Origin: Rhodothermales bacterium
Lineage (GTDB): Bacteria; Bacteroidota; Rhodothermia; Rhodothermales; Bin80
DNA: 64,000 nt
Assembly (NCBI GenBank): GCA_965218495.1
Contig: OZ244626.1
Span: 4,464,196 to 4,528,195, forward strand
Direction of reading: 5' to 3'
Under the pieces are notes generated by a model. It did not search any database. It was given only the letters and a program-made list of their open reading frames with translations, and was not told where the DNA came from. Shown one piece after another: positions 19,249 through 28,916 of this stretch; positions within the stretch are counted from its first letter, which is position 1, and each line of letters opens with the position of its first letter. A program made the translations under genes and the position numbers.

Positions 19249-21356
19249 TGCTGGCTGCCCTTGTTGGTTTCTGCTGCACGATTCCTCTTAGCGCACAGCC
19301 CCTAGGAGCGTCCAACCCCGCCCTTAGCTTGTTACCTAAGGGCACGCAGGTAGATTGGGCCTTCTGGCACCAGGAACTGGCTCATCGTAGCCGCGCGCGG
19401 GCCGCAGCAAACGTGCTAGCGGTGCGCAGTTTGCCGGAGGTAGCAGAGCAGGAGCCGCCCAACGAGCGAAATTGGAACGATAATCAAGGCAGCGCGGAGT
19501 TTCTTTCCTCTTTCGGTCGCACGCTGACCCCAACGGTACTCGTGCGGGGCGTACTTGCGGACTCCGTAACCAGAAACCTGGGCGCCCTTCCTGAAGCTGA
19601 GGATGAAGATGACGGAGCAATTCCGCTGGCAAGGGACACACCGCTGGGCCCTGGCGAGCGCCTAAGACTTCAGGCGTTCATTGGTGACGGCCCGCATGGA
19701 TCAGCTGGCAATGGCACGGCAGACTACGACTTCTACTATATCGGGCATATACAGGCCGACCAGCTTGTGACGGCCGAGATTAGAACCGCTGCCAGCAGCA
19801 TGCCACGCCTTGACACGAAGGTGGGACTCTATGATGCTAGTGGGATCCGGCTCTTTTCGAACAACAATGGAATTGCCGGTGAACCGGACAGCTACTTGGA
19901 GGCGCGCCCGTTGGAAGCGGGAGAGTATTGGGTCCTCGTACGCGGCGTAGACTCGGACTGGCCGGCCGATCCATTTGACTCTGCATCGGGCCCCAAGGCT
20001 GGCAGCGAAGGCCCGTACACACTAACACTCGGGCTTGAGGCCCAGGACTTCGACTTCTTCAGCTTTGACCTGGAAGCCGGCGACATCTTCAGCGCCGGAG
20101 TCCAAGGCGAGGCCCGCCACCTCTTGCTTTTCGACGGAGACGGTACCTTACGCATGGGTACAAACGTGAACTGGAGCACGCTCTATCCGCCACAGACGCC
20201 GCTCTACGAAGGAGGCAATGCGAATTTAGCGGCGGTAGCAACGGCGCCGGGCCGTTATAGTATCGCCGTTTCGCGAGGCGGCGGGGAATATGCTATGCAG
20301 CTCGGGGTTTTGCGATCGCCCCTGGCCACTGCCCTTCAGCCGCAGACTCTGTTTGTAGACTTTGATGGCGCGGAGTACGACGCTTCCCACCTGGGGGGCA
20401 ATGCGAATGCGCAATTGTCATCACTATACGTGCTGTTGGAGACAAGTCAGCTCCAGGGGGAGGAGGACGCCATTATTGACGTGGTGATGGCGACCGTCCA
20501 CGAAAACTTGGTGGCGGACCTGCAAACGGCGCGCAACCCTGACTTCCACCTTGAGGTACGCAATAGCCGCGATCACGCTGATGAATGGGGCAATCCGCAG
20601 GTCAGCAGAGTTATTGTGGGCGGCACGCAGCAAGAGATCGGCTTGTACACCTTAGGCGTAGCAGCATCGATAGATGTCGGCAATTTTGCATTGGAAGAGA
20701 CGGCCGTAGTACTTCTGGACCTATTGGCGAATCCAAACGACCAGAACTCACCGTCATCGGTGCCGTATGCGGCGTCATTGACTGTTGCGGATGTTATAGG
20801 CACAGCGATCGGTAACGTGGCGGCGCATGAGGCTGGGCACATCCTTGCCAGTTTCCATACGGGCGATCCGGGTTTTGAAGTCGACCTCATGTACGCGGGG
20901 CAGGATCCCAAAGCTCTCTTGGGGGCGGGGCCGGATAGTATACTCGGCACGGCAGATGACAGGGACGTAGACTTTGGAGAGACTCCCTACAGCGAGTGGG
21001 AGCCCTTCACCGGATTGCAGGATAACCGTAATGGCGTGGCATACGGACTCTCTATTGCCTCCCCTACGGTGGTAGAGCAGAAGCCTCGCTCCATAAGTGG
21101 CGTGCGGCTGACGGCCATCTGGCCCAACCCGGCAACGACGCGCCTGCACGTGGCGCTGAGTGCTCCCGAGCCAGTGGCGTTGCGCTTGGCGCTCTATGAC
21201 GTCTTGGGGCGCCGCGTGCGGGTGCAGCGACATACCTTGGGCGCCGGTGAGGCGCGCCTGGTCATGCCGGTAGATGGTCTTCCCGCCGGCGTGTTCATGC
21301 TGCGAGCGGAAAGCCCACAAGCCGGCGAGACGCGGAAAGTTGTCGTTACGCGATAG
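19230..21356 (+). CDS. T9SS-sorted metzincin-like zinc metalloprotease with pre-peptidase (PPC)-like domains
   Basis: Signal peptide. DYDFYYIG and FDFFSFDLEAGD blocks are PPC-like. The zinc site is HEAGHILASFH, followed by DLMY as a possible Met-turn. C-terminal WPNPATTRLHVAL...YDVLGRRV...LPAGVFMLR matches the T9SS type A sorting domain. The start overlaps the previous gene by 19 nt. Confidence 0.8.
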   Translation: MGPRAVVLAALVGFCCTIPLSAQPLGASNPALSLLPKGTQVDWAFWHQELAHRSRARAAANVLAVRSLPEVAEQEPPNERNWNDNQGSAEFLSSFGRTLTPTVLVRGVLADSVTRNLGALPEAEDEDDGAIPLARDTPLGPGERLRLQAFIGDGPHGSAGNGTADYDFYYIGHIQADQLVTAEIRTAASSMPRLDTKVGLYDASGIRLFSNNNGIAGEPDSYLEARPLEAGEYWVLVRGVDSDWPADPFDSASGPKAGSEGPYTLTLGLEAQDFDFFSFDLEAGDIFSAGVQGEARHLLLFDGDGTLRMGTNVNWSTLYPPQTPLYEGGNANLAAVATAPGRYSIAVSRGGGEYAMQLGVLRSPLATALQPQTLFVDFDGAEYDASHLGGNANAQLSSLYVLLETSQLQGEEDAIIDVVMATVHENLVADLQTARNPDFHLEVRNSRDHADEWGNPQVSRVIVGGTQQEIGLYTLGVAASIDVGNFALEETAVVLLDLLANPNDQNSPSSVPYAASLTVADVIGTAIGNVAAHEAGHILASFHTGDPGFEVDLMYAGQDPKALLGAGPDSILGTADDRDVDFGETPYSEWEPFTGLQDNRNGVAYGLSIASPTVVEQKPRSISGVRLTAIWPNPATTRLHVALSAPEPVALRLALYDVLGRRVRVQRHTLGAGEARLVMPVDGLPAGVFMLRAESPQAGETRKVVVTR

Positions 21357-21359
21357 TGG

Positions 21360-22427
21360 CTATTCCAGGGTTTTCCAGTAGCGCTCCGCTAAACGAAGTG
21401 GCGATACCTTACCAGTGGTAATGTGCTTCACGATCTGCGCGGCATGAAAGCGGCCGTTTTCTATGAACCAGCGGCTCGTCTTAAGCCCGCCGCAGACAGT
21501 ACCGGCGAGGTATAGACCGGGGCGGTTGGTCTCAAAAGACTCCTCGTCATAGTCCGGCGTATTGTATTCATCTTCCTTGGTAGCAATGCCCAAAGTGTCC
21601 AGAAAGTCGTAGTCGGGTCGATACCCTGTCATGGCTAGAACGTAGTCGTTTTCTATGGCGTGCGGCCCGTCCGGGCCACTGAGAAGCAAACGGTGCGGCT
21701 CAATAGCCTTGACGGAGGTATTTAAGAGCACCCTGATGCTGCCATCTCGGATTCGGTTTTCCAAGTCTGGCCTGATCCAATACTTGATGCGGCCGGATAG
21801 CACCGCTCCGCGGTGAACCAGCGTAACCTCTGCGCCGTGCCGATAGCACTCCAGGGCGGCTTTGGCAGCGGAGTTTTTGCCACCAACTACGACGACCTTC
21901 TGCCGCGTGTACGGATAAGGCTCACGGTAATAGTGCGTAACCTTGGAGAGGCTCTCTCCAGGGACGTTCAGAAGGTTGGGAACGTCGAAGAACCCTGTAG
22001 CGGCCGCTACTTTTCGGCACTTGATCGCACCCTTGGTTGTTGTGACTTGAAAGGCGCCGTCCGCGCCGTCAACCCCCAGCACACGCTCATAGAGGCGTAT
22101 GTCAAGGTTCTCCTGGAGCGCTACGCGGCGATAGTACTCTAGGGTTTCGCCCCGCGTGGGCTTGTAGCGAAGGGTCGGAAACGGATGCCCTCCGATCTCC
22201 AGTAGCTCCGGTGTGGAGAAGAACTCCATATGGAGCGGGTACCCCACAATTGAGTTCGCCAGGGCGCCTTTTTCCACAATCACCGCTTCCAGGCCGCTGC
22301 GTACCGCCTCAATGCCGCACGTCAGGCCCACCGGACCCGCCCCAATGATGACGATGTCTACCATGAATGCATGTAGATCATTCTTCTCACTGAAACACTT
22401 GCCCGAATAGGGGGGTTTCGGATACAT
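21360..22427 (-). CDS. ypdA: YpdA-family putative bacillithiol disulfide reductase (FAD/NAD(P)-binding oxidoreductase)
   Basis: VDIVIIGAGPVGLTCGIEAVRSGL Rossmann motif, a second dinucleotide site VVVVGGKNSAAKAALE, and a YpdA-like C-terminus. The start is uncertain: ATG at 22427 or 22364. The track start at 22595 is probably too long. Confidence 0.8.
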   Translation of the reverse strand: MYPKPPYSGKCFSEKNDLHAFMVDIVIIGAGPVGLTCGIEAVRSGLEAVIVEKGALANSIVGYPLHMEFFSTPELLEIGGHPFPTLRYKPTRGETLEYYRRVALQENLDIRLYERVLGVDGADGAFQVTTTKGAIKCRKVAAATGFFDVPNLLNVPGESLSKVTHYYREPYPYTRQKVVVVGGKNSAAKAALECYRHGAEVTLVHRGAVLSGRIKYWIRPDLENRIRDGSIRVLLNTSVKAIEPHRLLLSGPDGPHAIENDYVLAMTGYRPDYDFLDTLGIATKEDEYNTPDYDEESFETNRPGLYLAGTVCGGLKTSRWFIENGRFHAAQIVKHITTGKVSPLRLAERYWKTLE

Positions 22428-23671
22428 GATTCTTTCCCACTGCTGGCGCGTTGCAAATAGGCTGCGCTTACTGTAACACCAGCGTCCAGGGGGTGACTGT
22501 GCGGCACTGAAAAACCTATTCGTTGTCATTAACAAAGGAGTATCCCCCGGCAACACGACAGGCAGCAGGCATTGAGGTCGAATATGTTTTGGCAATCGTT
22601 TTTCGGGCTATATGTCCGGCATCGCGGTGACGCGTACGGTGCACTGCCACCCGGTCGTGATCGAGGCCATCAGCGCCAGTTCGAGGCTTTACTCTACATC
22701 TGTGGCGCCGAGTTCTAATATCCGACCTGCATTGAATGCAGCGTTCGTCTGGCAGACCCTGTATTGGGCGACGAGTGCTGGTGCATGCACCTTAGCAGCT
22801 CCAGTGCCGAATCTGCGGTCAGGCTTGCACACTGCCATTCGCGGTGCCTGTATGCCATTACCTTCTGCGGCGCGTTCTCCATGGCAGGGCGTATGGGGCA
22901 ATGAGCTTTACGGCAAGTCGGGGTGGAACAGTACAGCACCTGCGACGCACAACCCACATGCTCTATGGTGTCTGTAACGATTGTGCTGAATACTGGCGCG
23001 CGGGCCTATTCGCGCACCAAGTATGTCCCAAAGAGGTGGTGGCTTTGATCGTAGTGCCGATCAAGGCAGAGGAAGGTCATCGAATTCCATCTCCGGGTTT
23101 TTACCTGCAACTTCATCGGCGCTGCGAGGACTCGCACACGCTACTCGTTGCTGACGATATCCACTCGACGATGAGCCGAAACAGCGCCTTTTCATATTGA
23201 AGCAGTGGGGCATCGCGCCGAATACCGTCACTCGAGCGAAGGGGGTTACGAATCGGGGCACCCGATCAGTGCCACGATGGTCAAGGACCTGGAGATTGCG
23301 TGGCCCCATACCAGCCGCGGCAGCGCTCTTTGTGACAACCTGTCGTCCTTGCGGCGGCCAGCGCCATGTCACGACTGAATCTGGGCGGGCTCATGGACCA
23401 GGCTGCCGTGATGGGCGAATACTCTTTTCGGCAGCTGGCAGCACCACAGTTAGGACATGTGGAATCTACGGAGATTCGCGGGCGTGGGCGCATGCTAGCA
23501 CTGGCATATGCTGCGAGGTTTCACTACCCACGTCTTTTAGTAAGTGTGGATTGGCTGAGGACTGCCAGAAATGGGCTGGGGGCAGTAAGCCGTGCGGCTG
23601 CTGACGTCTTTAATCCTTCAGGATTGGCAGTCGAAGGTCGCTGGAGAGACTGCAGGTGCGGCGCTCGTGCG

Positions 23672-24148
23672 CTAGGTGCTCCGCCTTGACCGAAAAAACG
23701 CCTGAAGCATCTCGGCTGAACTCTCGGCTTCAAGGCCGGAGATCACTGCAACCCGATGGTTGAGACGTGCGTCCTGCACGATGTTGTACAGCGTTGAGGC
23801 GCTGCCCGCCTTTTCGTCGAATGCGCCAAATACAAGTCGGTCCAATCGGGACAGGACGATTCCGCCCGCGCACATGGGGCAGGGCTCCAGTGTGACATAC
23901 AGGCAGCAGCCCTTCAGGGATTTGGACCGGAGGGTTTCGCACGCTGACGTGATGGCAATCATCTCAGCATGTGCGGTGGGATCGGAGAGAGACTCGACAA
24001 GGTTGTGGCCCCGACCGACAACCTGACCCTGGTGGGTGACGACTGCACCCACGGGCACTTCGCCCTTTTCGAGCGCCCGCTCGGCCTCGCGCAGTGCGGC
24101 CTTCATCCAGCGCCGGTCCGGCGCCAGGAGCAAAGAAAGACTTACCAC
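23672..24148 (-). CDS. tadA: tRNA adenosine(34) deaminase
   Basis: CMP/dCMP deaminase zinc motifs HAEMIAI and LEPCPMCAGG, with a TadA-like N-terminus RRWMKAALREAERA. Confidence 0.9.
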   Translation of the reverse strand: MVSLSLLLAPDRRWMKAALREAERALEKGEVPVGAVVTHQGQVVGRGHNLVESLSDPTAHAEMIAITSACETLRSKSLKGCCLYVTLEPCPMCAGGIVLSRLDRLVFGAFDEKAGSASTLYNIVQDARLNHRVAVISGLEAESSAEMLQAFFRSRRST

Positions 24149-24333
24149 CGCTTAGGCCGCTGGAACATCGCAACAAGTCGCAGAACGACCGCGATGGCCA
24201 GCAGCGCAACCAGCACGAATATGGCGATCCTGAGCAGAAATGCAACGATCGGAAGCAGGAACGAAAGCACGATTACAGCAAGTACCAGAACGATTGCCAC
24301 TACGAGTGCGCGAAGAATCGGTCCGAGGTCCAT
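24142..24333 (-). CDS. Small hydrophobic membrane protein (63 aa)
   Basis: Two predicted TM segments (ILRALVVAIVLVLAVIVLSFLLPIVAFLL and IAIFVLVALLAIAVVLRLV). Its stop overlaps the tadA start by 7 nt, and it lies 5 nt downstream of the Kelch gene on the same strand. Confidence 0.45.
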   Translation of the reverse strand: MDLGPILRALVVAIVLVLAVIVLSFLLPIVAFLLRIAIFVLVALLAIAVVLRLVAMFQRPKRW

Positions 24334-24338
24334 AAGCT

Positions 24339-25664
24339 CTAGTCTTGCGGGCTTTCGGGTAAGACAACAAAAAACTCTGAAGCGGCCCGAGCAGTTCCAT
24401 CAGGGCCAAAACCACCGATGATCAGCACTTCACCAAGTTCCATGGTCGTGGCGGTGTGGCCGAATCTTGATAAGATCGGCTGCCGTCGGCTCACGCGAAA
24501 CACAGTTCCAGACGCCTGGGAGAATAGCTCGGTTTCAAGGACAATATTTGATGCAGAATGCTGACGCCCACCGGAGATGAGGAGAAGGTTGTTGAGGATG
24601 GGGGCCGCTGAGTGGCGTGTCCGTGGTACTTGAAGCGGCGGAACGTCGTCGAGGCGAACTCCCTGCGAGGACGTGAATTCTATGCTGAAGCTTGCTTCCT
24701 GCTGGACGCTCGTATCAAAACGGCCACCAAAGACGAAGTAGGGCCCGATCTGGATGCGGTTGAGCGTGTGCCCGTAGATCTCGTCCCCCAGATATGGTGC
24801 GGTCGCCAGCGAGTTCTCGGCAAAGAGTGTGTCGTTGAGTATGCGAAAAGTCCGAAGGTCTGGGCGTACGCCAAAGGCCGGATCACTACCATATCGTGTG
24901 TCGCCCAAGCCTCCGTACAGATACACGAACTCGCCTTCGTTGGTTCGGCGATACACGGTGGTGTGCAAGGCCCGGCGTATGGGCTCTCCAATGACCACCC
25001 AATCCTCGAATGTGCGTGCGGAATGGTCGTAGACTTCAGGTGTCTCAACCAGGTCCGCAACGCTAACGACGTCGTCAGTGCGGCTACCACCCAGCACGAG
25101 AACTCGCCCGTCGGCTAATAGCGTGGCCGTGTGTCCGGTCCTGGCTTCCGCAAGTCGCGCACTGGAGGCAGTAAACCCGCCTCCAGGTGGCGACATGACG
25201 TACAACGTCGCATGAGCGGGTCCCCCAACGCGCGAAGCGCCGCCGATCACGAGAAGATCCTGGTTGCGTGTTCGAGTTGTCGTGTGGCCTCCACGCCCTG
25301 CGGGCAATGCCGGGCTGTTGGCTACATATTGCGAGGGAATGTACAGTGCGTACGCTGTGTCAAGGCTGCTGACCCCCTCAACGTCGGATGCTTCAATAAT
25401 GAGCTCGTTAAGGCCGCGGCGCGCGTTCAGCGGGAGGGACCAGACCCGATCACTACTGGCATACTGCATCGGTACGCCGTTGACCGAGACCGTTTCGATG
25501 TCGCGAAACGATCCTGCGCGGATCTTAAGAATGAAATGAGTCTGTTGCAGGGCCTCCGAGAGGTCCGGCGACAAGATTACCACATCCGGCTGGCTAGCGT
25601 CTACGAACGGGCGTTCGCATGCCGCCAACACTACGACGATCAATAGCGCCAAAACGCGCGACAT
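24339..25664 (-). CDS. Kelch-repeat (galactose-oxidase-like beta-propeller) lipoprotein
   Basis: Lipobox VVLAAC. Repeated Kelch-type strands: HTTTRTRNQDLLVIGG, GHTATLLADGRVLVLGG, RHSAAPILNNLLLISGG, GHTATTMELGEVLIIGG. Confidence 0.8.
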   Translation of the reverse strand: MSRVLALLIVVVLAACERPFVDASQPDVVILSPDLSEALQQTHFILKIRAGSFRDIETVSVNGVPMQYASSDRVWSLPLNARRGLNELIIEASDVEGVSSLDTAYALYIPSQYVANSPALPAGRGGHTTTRTRNQDLLVIGGASRVGGPAHATLYVMSPPGGGFTASSARLAEARTGHTATLLADGRVLVLGGSRTDDVVSVADLVETPEVYDHSARTFEDWVVIGEPIRRALHTTVYRRTNEGEFVYLYGGLGDTRYGSDPAFGVRPDLRTFRILNDTLFAENSLATAPYLGDEIYGHTLNRIQIGPYFVFGGRFDTSVQQEASFSIEFTSSQGVRLDDVPPLQVPRTRHSAAPILNNLLLISGGRQHSASNIVLETELFSQASGTVFRVSRRQPILSRFGHTATTMELGEVLIIGGFGPDGTARAASEFFVVLPESPQD

Positions 25665-25717
25665 GGCATACCACCGTTTGGGAATAAGGATGGTACCCCT
25701 TGGGAGAAAAAGAGGTT

Positions 25718-26452
25718 CTACTCTGCATAGCGGACGAATTCCAGCACTAGGCCATAGGGTGGTGCCGCTGGCCCGGCTTTTCGTCTATCGCGCGAGTCCA
25801 GGGTGCGTGCTACGTCTTTCATGGGCCGCTTGCCCCGCCCGACGTCGAGCAGCGTGCCGACTATTGCGCGCACCATGCCGTGCAAGAATCGGTTGGCTTC
25901 GACTTCGAAGCGCCATTCGTGCGGGCGCGATTCGGGCATCCACTGCGCACGCGTAACGTTGCACACCCGGTTGCGAGTCGCGGAGCGGTGAAGGCAGAAG
26001 GCACCGAAGTGATGTTCTCCAAGCAGGTGTGTCGCTGCCTCATTCATGGCGCCGAAGCAAACGGAGTAGGGCAACATGTAGCGAAAGTGCCGCTCTAGAG
26101 CGGTATTCTCGCAGTTTACGTAGTAGTGGTAGCGCCGACTGGTGGCATCAAACCGTGCATTAAAGCCGTCGGGTGCGACTTCAAGTGCGTGCACGACGAC
26201 GGAAGGGGGTGTGAGGCCATTAAGCGATCGCTGCACGTGCCCGGTATCCAGAGCACACGCTTGAAAGTGTGCCACCTGTCCCCGCGCATGGACGCCGCTG
26301 TCGGTACGCCCCGCGCCTGTAATGGGCGTTGGTACTTGCAGCACGATGGCCAGCGCCTCTTCCAGCGCCGCTTGCACCGACGGCGGACCATGTTGGCGCT
26401 GCCACCCGCAAAAGGCGCTGCCGTCATATTCTATCAGCAGGCGATATGTCAC
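25718..26452 (-). CDS. truA: tRNA pseudouridine(38-40) synthase
   Basis: YRLLIEYDGSAFCGWQRQ and the catalytic block GAGRTDSGVHARGQVAHF. Confidence 0.9.
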   Translation of the reverse strand: MTYRLLIEYDGSAFCGWQRQHGPPSVQAALEEALAIVLQVPTPITGAGRTDSGVHARGQVAHFQACALDTGHVQRSLNGLTPPSVVVHALEVAPDGFNARFDATSRRYHYYVNCENTALERHFRYMLPYSVCFGAMNEAATHLLGEHHFGAFCLHRSATRNRVCNVTRAQWMPESRPHEWRFEVEANRFLHGMVRAIVGTLLDVGRGKRPMKDVARTLDSRDRRKAGPAAPPYGLVLEFVRYAE

Positions 26453-27099
26453 GGGTCCTATTGCGTGGGTGTCTTAAGCTTTGTCACTAATGCAAACTGC
26501 CACGGCCGAGCCCCTCATGCGATTCTGGCAGGCTGCCTTGATGCCTGCACTGTTGAAGCCAGTCTCGGAGCAGCATCGCTCCGCGTATCCATATTACGGC
26601 TACTGGAGTGCTTTTCGTAGCACGCACACATGCTACGTACCGGCGATTGATCGCTACGGCCAGGCAAAACAGGAATCGAGTCAAGTATTCCAGATTCCGA
26701 AACTCCGTTTGACGTTCAGCTGGTCGAGCCGCGTACCGACAAACTCACAATACTCCGTCTTCAGATGCTTCACATGTTCCAGCTCCGAATTGCAGAATAT
26801 ATCCGTTTAGTGCGTGCGGTGAGTTGGCTCTTACGTGAATCAAGCGGGGTGTCGTGGCTCCTCCATTCGCTGGTGGATGTTCATCTCGGCTCACATGATC
26901 AGTGCATTCAGCGGCGGCGCTACAGGCACTGATCGCAAGGTCACGATGATCTTCAGATAGAGTCTGCTGCCGGATAAACCAAGCAACCAGGCGATACAGT
27001 TGGCACCAGTCAGAGTGCATGTCGCCAAAGGGAATGAAGAATCACGCTGCGGAGCGGGCCGCGTCCGCGAAAAAGTCGACTCACCCCGCCCTCGCGTTT

Positions 27100-27955
27100 C
27101 CTGCCAGGCGCACAGGCACCGCAAGATCGAATCGTTACGCAGCCCCTCTATCAGCGCCCGCATGATCAGCAGGTCTGGCACCTTTGCTGGACAAGAAGGC
27201 TGACGCCAGTGCGGCCCGATCCGGCTCGCCTGCTCTTCGACCACTGAGCCCCGATCCGCACCAACCCCAGCACATGGACCGGTCGCTTTTAGAGTACGCT
27301 GGGTTTCTGCACAAGCCATAGGAGCAGCTGCCACTGGATCGTGAACCCGTACCGCAATAGCATCTCACTCATAGTCAATTCGCTTTCGGTACCGCTATCG
27401 TGTGGGCTCGATACACCTTTGATACAACTCGAATCGCACTAAAGCCGCTACTGTACGCTAACCGTAATGGCAACAAAATCAACTGGTGGGCGACGCAGGA
27501 TTTCTGCGCCTGCAAATTGGCCAGACACAAATACGCGGCCGTCCTGAACGGTGGTGTGCGAAAGGTCGTGATGCGACCAGGGTGATCCCATTTTTCTCGC
27601 GGACCCACTATAGCGTTCGCCTGCACAATGGGGCCATTCGAGCATTCCGCGACAGTTTGCTTGCACATCTGGCAGAGTTCTGGTGAAGGGTTCTTCGCCA
27701 GCAGAGTCGAGGGGCGAGTTGCTGCACATGTCAGCCAATCCGCAGGAGGGTGCCCTTTGGGGCGGCCATATTCCTGGGGCGAACAGCATCCCGTGGAATT
27801 GTGCGGCGCCGAACGTGGCAATATTCAGGGTTCGCCAGGAGCACTTCAACCGATACGGCAGTTTTGAGACGACGGTGATCCGAGGCCTTCACTCGCATAG
27901 GACCACGTAGTCCAGCTCCACGCATCCTTTGCGCGGAATTATGGTTTACCTTATC
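27100..27955 (+). pseudogene. Decayed rhodanese-domain sulfurtransferase (SseA/thiosulfate sulfurtransferase-like)
   Basis: Rhodanese signatures are spread over three + frames: AAVLNGGVRKV (27400 frame), FASRVEGRVAA (27628 frame) and GGHIPGANSIPW (27683 frame). They are separated by stops and frameshifts. No intact active-site Cys loop is present. The upstream limit is uncertain. Confidence 0.45.
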
Positions 27956-27980
27956 CTTTGACACAGAACACAAAGCAGTT

Positions 27981-28901
27981 ATGGAAAAGTTCATCACGGC
28001 TGCAGGGCTGTTGGCCTTCGGTGTGCTCTACTCGGTTCCCGCCCTTGCGCAGAATCATTGGTATCTGGGCGCGGAGTTTGGTGGCGGCGTTGCCCCTGGT
28101 GTGACCATGAATGGCAACAGCAATGACCGATCCAGCCTTTGTGACGAGTTCATCAACCCGCAGTATGCCAGCGTGCCCGGCTGTACCGATCCGAATCGGG
28201 GCGCTGGCAATGGATGGAAGGCGGAATTCGCAGGCGCGGGCGGCCTGATCGGCAACCTGTCAATTGGATATCAGGTTAGACCGTGGCTCCGACTCGAGGC
28301 TGAGCATGCAGTATGGAAAGTGACCTACGACGACGCTGCGCTTGTGGGAGAGGCGACCGGATCTAACCAGGAAAAGCTGACACAGGAGATTTTTCTTGCG
28401 CGCGAGCGGCTGGGTTCCGTTTCTGCCAATGGGGTCTTTGTGAACGTATATCTTGATCACACGTTGGGCGAGCGTCCCATTGGGCTGTATGTAGGGGCCG
28501 GTGGGGGTGTGGCCCTCACAGCCGCTGGATACACCAGCCTCTGGGCGCGCAACAAGGATGTGGACGCAATTAAGACTGGTTCGGACCAGCCCAATGGCGA
28601 CGAAATCCGCCAGAACCTTGCAGGCACCTTCAGTGACGGCCAAGCCGTCATGCGGGCTACCACTCCGGCGATCCACTTGATGGTTGGGGCCGACCGGCAC
28701 TTGTCAGAGCGGTTCTCCATTGGGCTCAAGGCGCAGTTCATCATGTATCTTAATTTCGAAAGTGACGACTTGGTGTGGGATCCGCTGCGCAGCCACGAGC
28801 CCAACCTCCGCAAGGGTGGAACCGAGCCCGTACACGGAAATTACTCGACGAGCGACCTTTCGGCTGTGACGGTGGGGCTGCAGGTGAAGCACCGCTTTTA
28901 G
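27981..28901 (+). CDS. Outer-membrane beta-barrel protein
   Basis: Signal peptide ending ALAQ, alternating amphipathic strands, and a C-terminal VGLQVKHRF with terminal Phe. Confidence 0.75.
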   Translation: MEKFITAAGLLAFGVLYSVPALAQNHWYLGAEFGGGVAPGVTMNGNSNDRSSLCDEFINPQYASVPGCTDPNRGAGNGWKAEFAGAGGLIGNLSIGYQVRPWLRLEAEHAVWKVTYDDAALVGEATGSNQEKLTQEIFLARERLGSVSANGVFVNVYLDHTLGERPIGLYVGAGGGVALTAAGYTSLWARNKDVDAIKTGSDQPNGDEIRQNLAGTFSDGQAVMRATTPAIHLMVGADRHLSERFSIGLKAQFIMYLNFESDDLVWDPLRSHEPNLRKGGTEPVHGNYSTSDLSAVTVGLQVKHRF

Positions 28902-28916
28902 GCACTCTGGCGCGAA

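Noticed and set aside
23070-23095. GAGGAAGGTC resembling the RNase P RNA GAGGAAAGTCC box
   Set aside because: The flanking sequence does not continue the conserved P4/J3-4 pattern, and no matching 3' half (ACAGAA...CGGCTTA) was seen.
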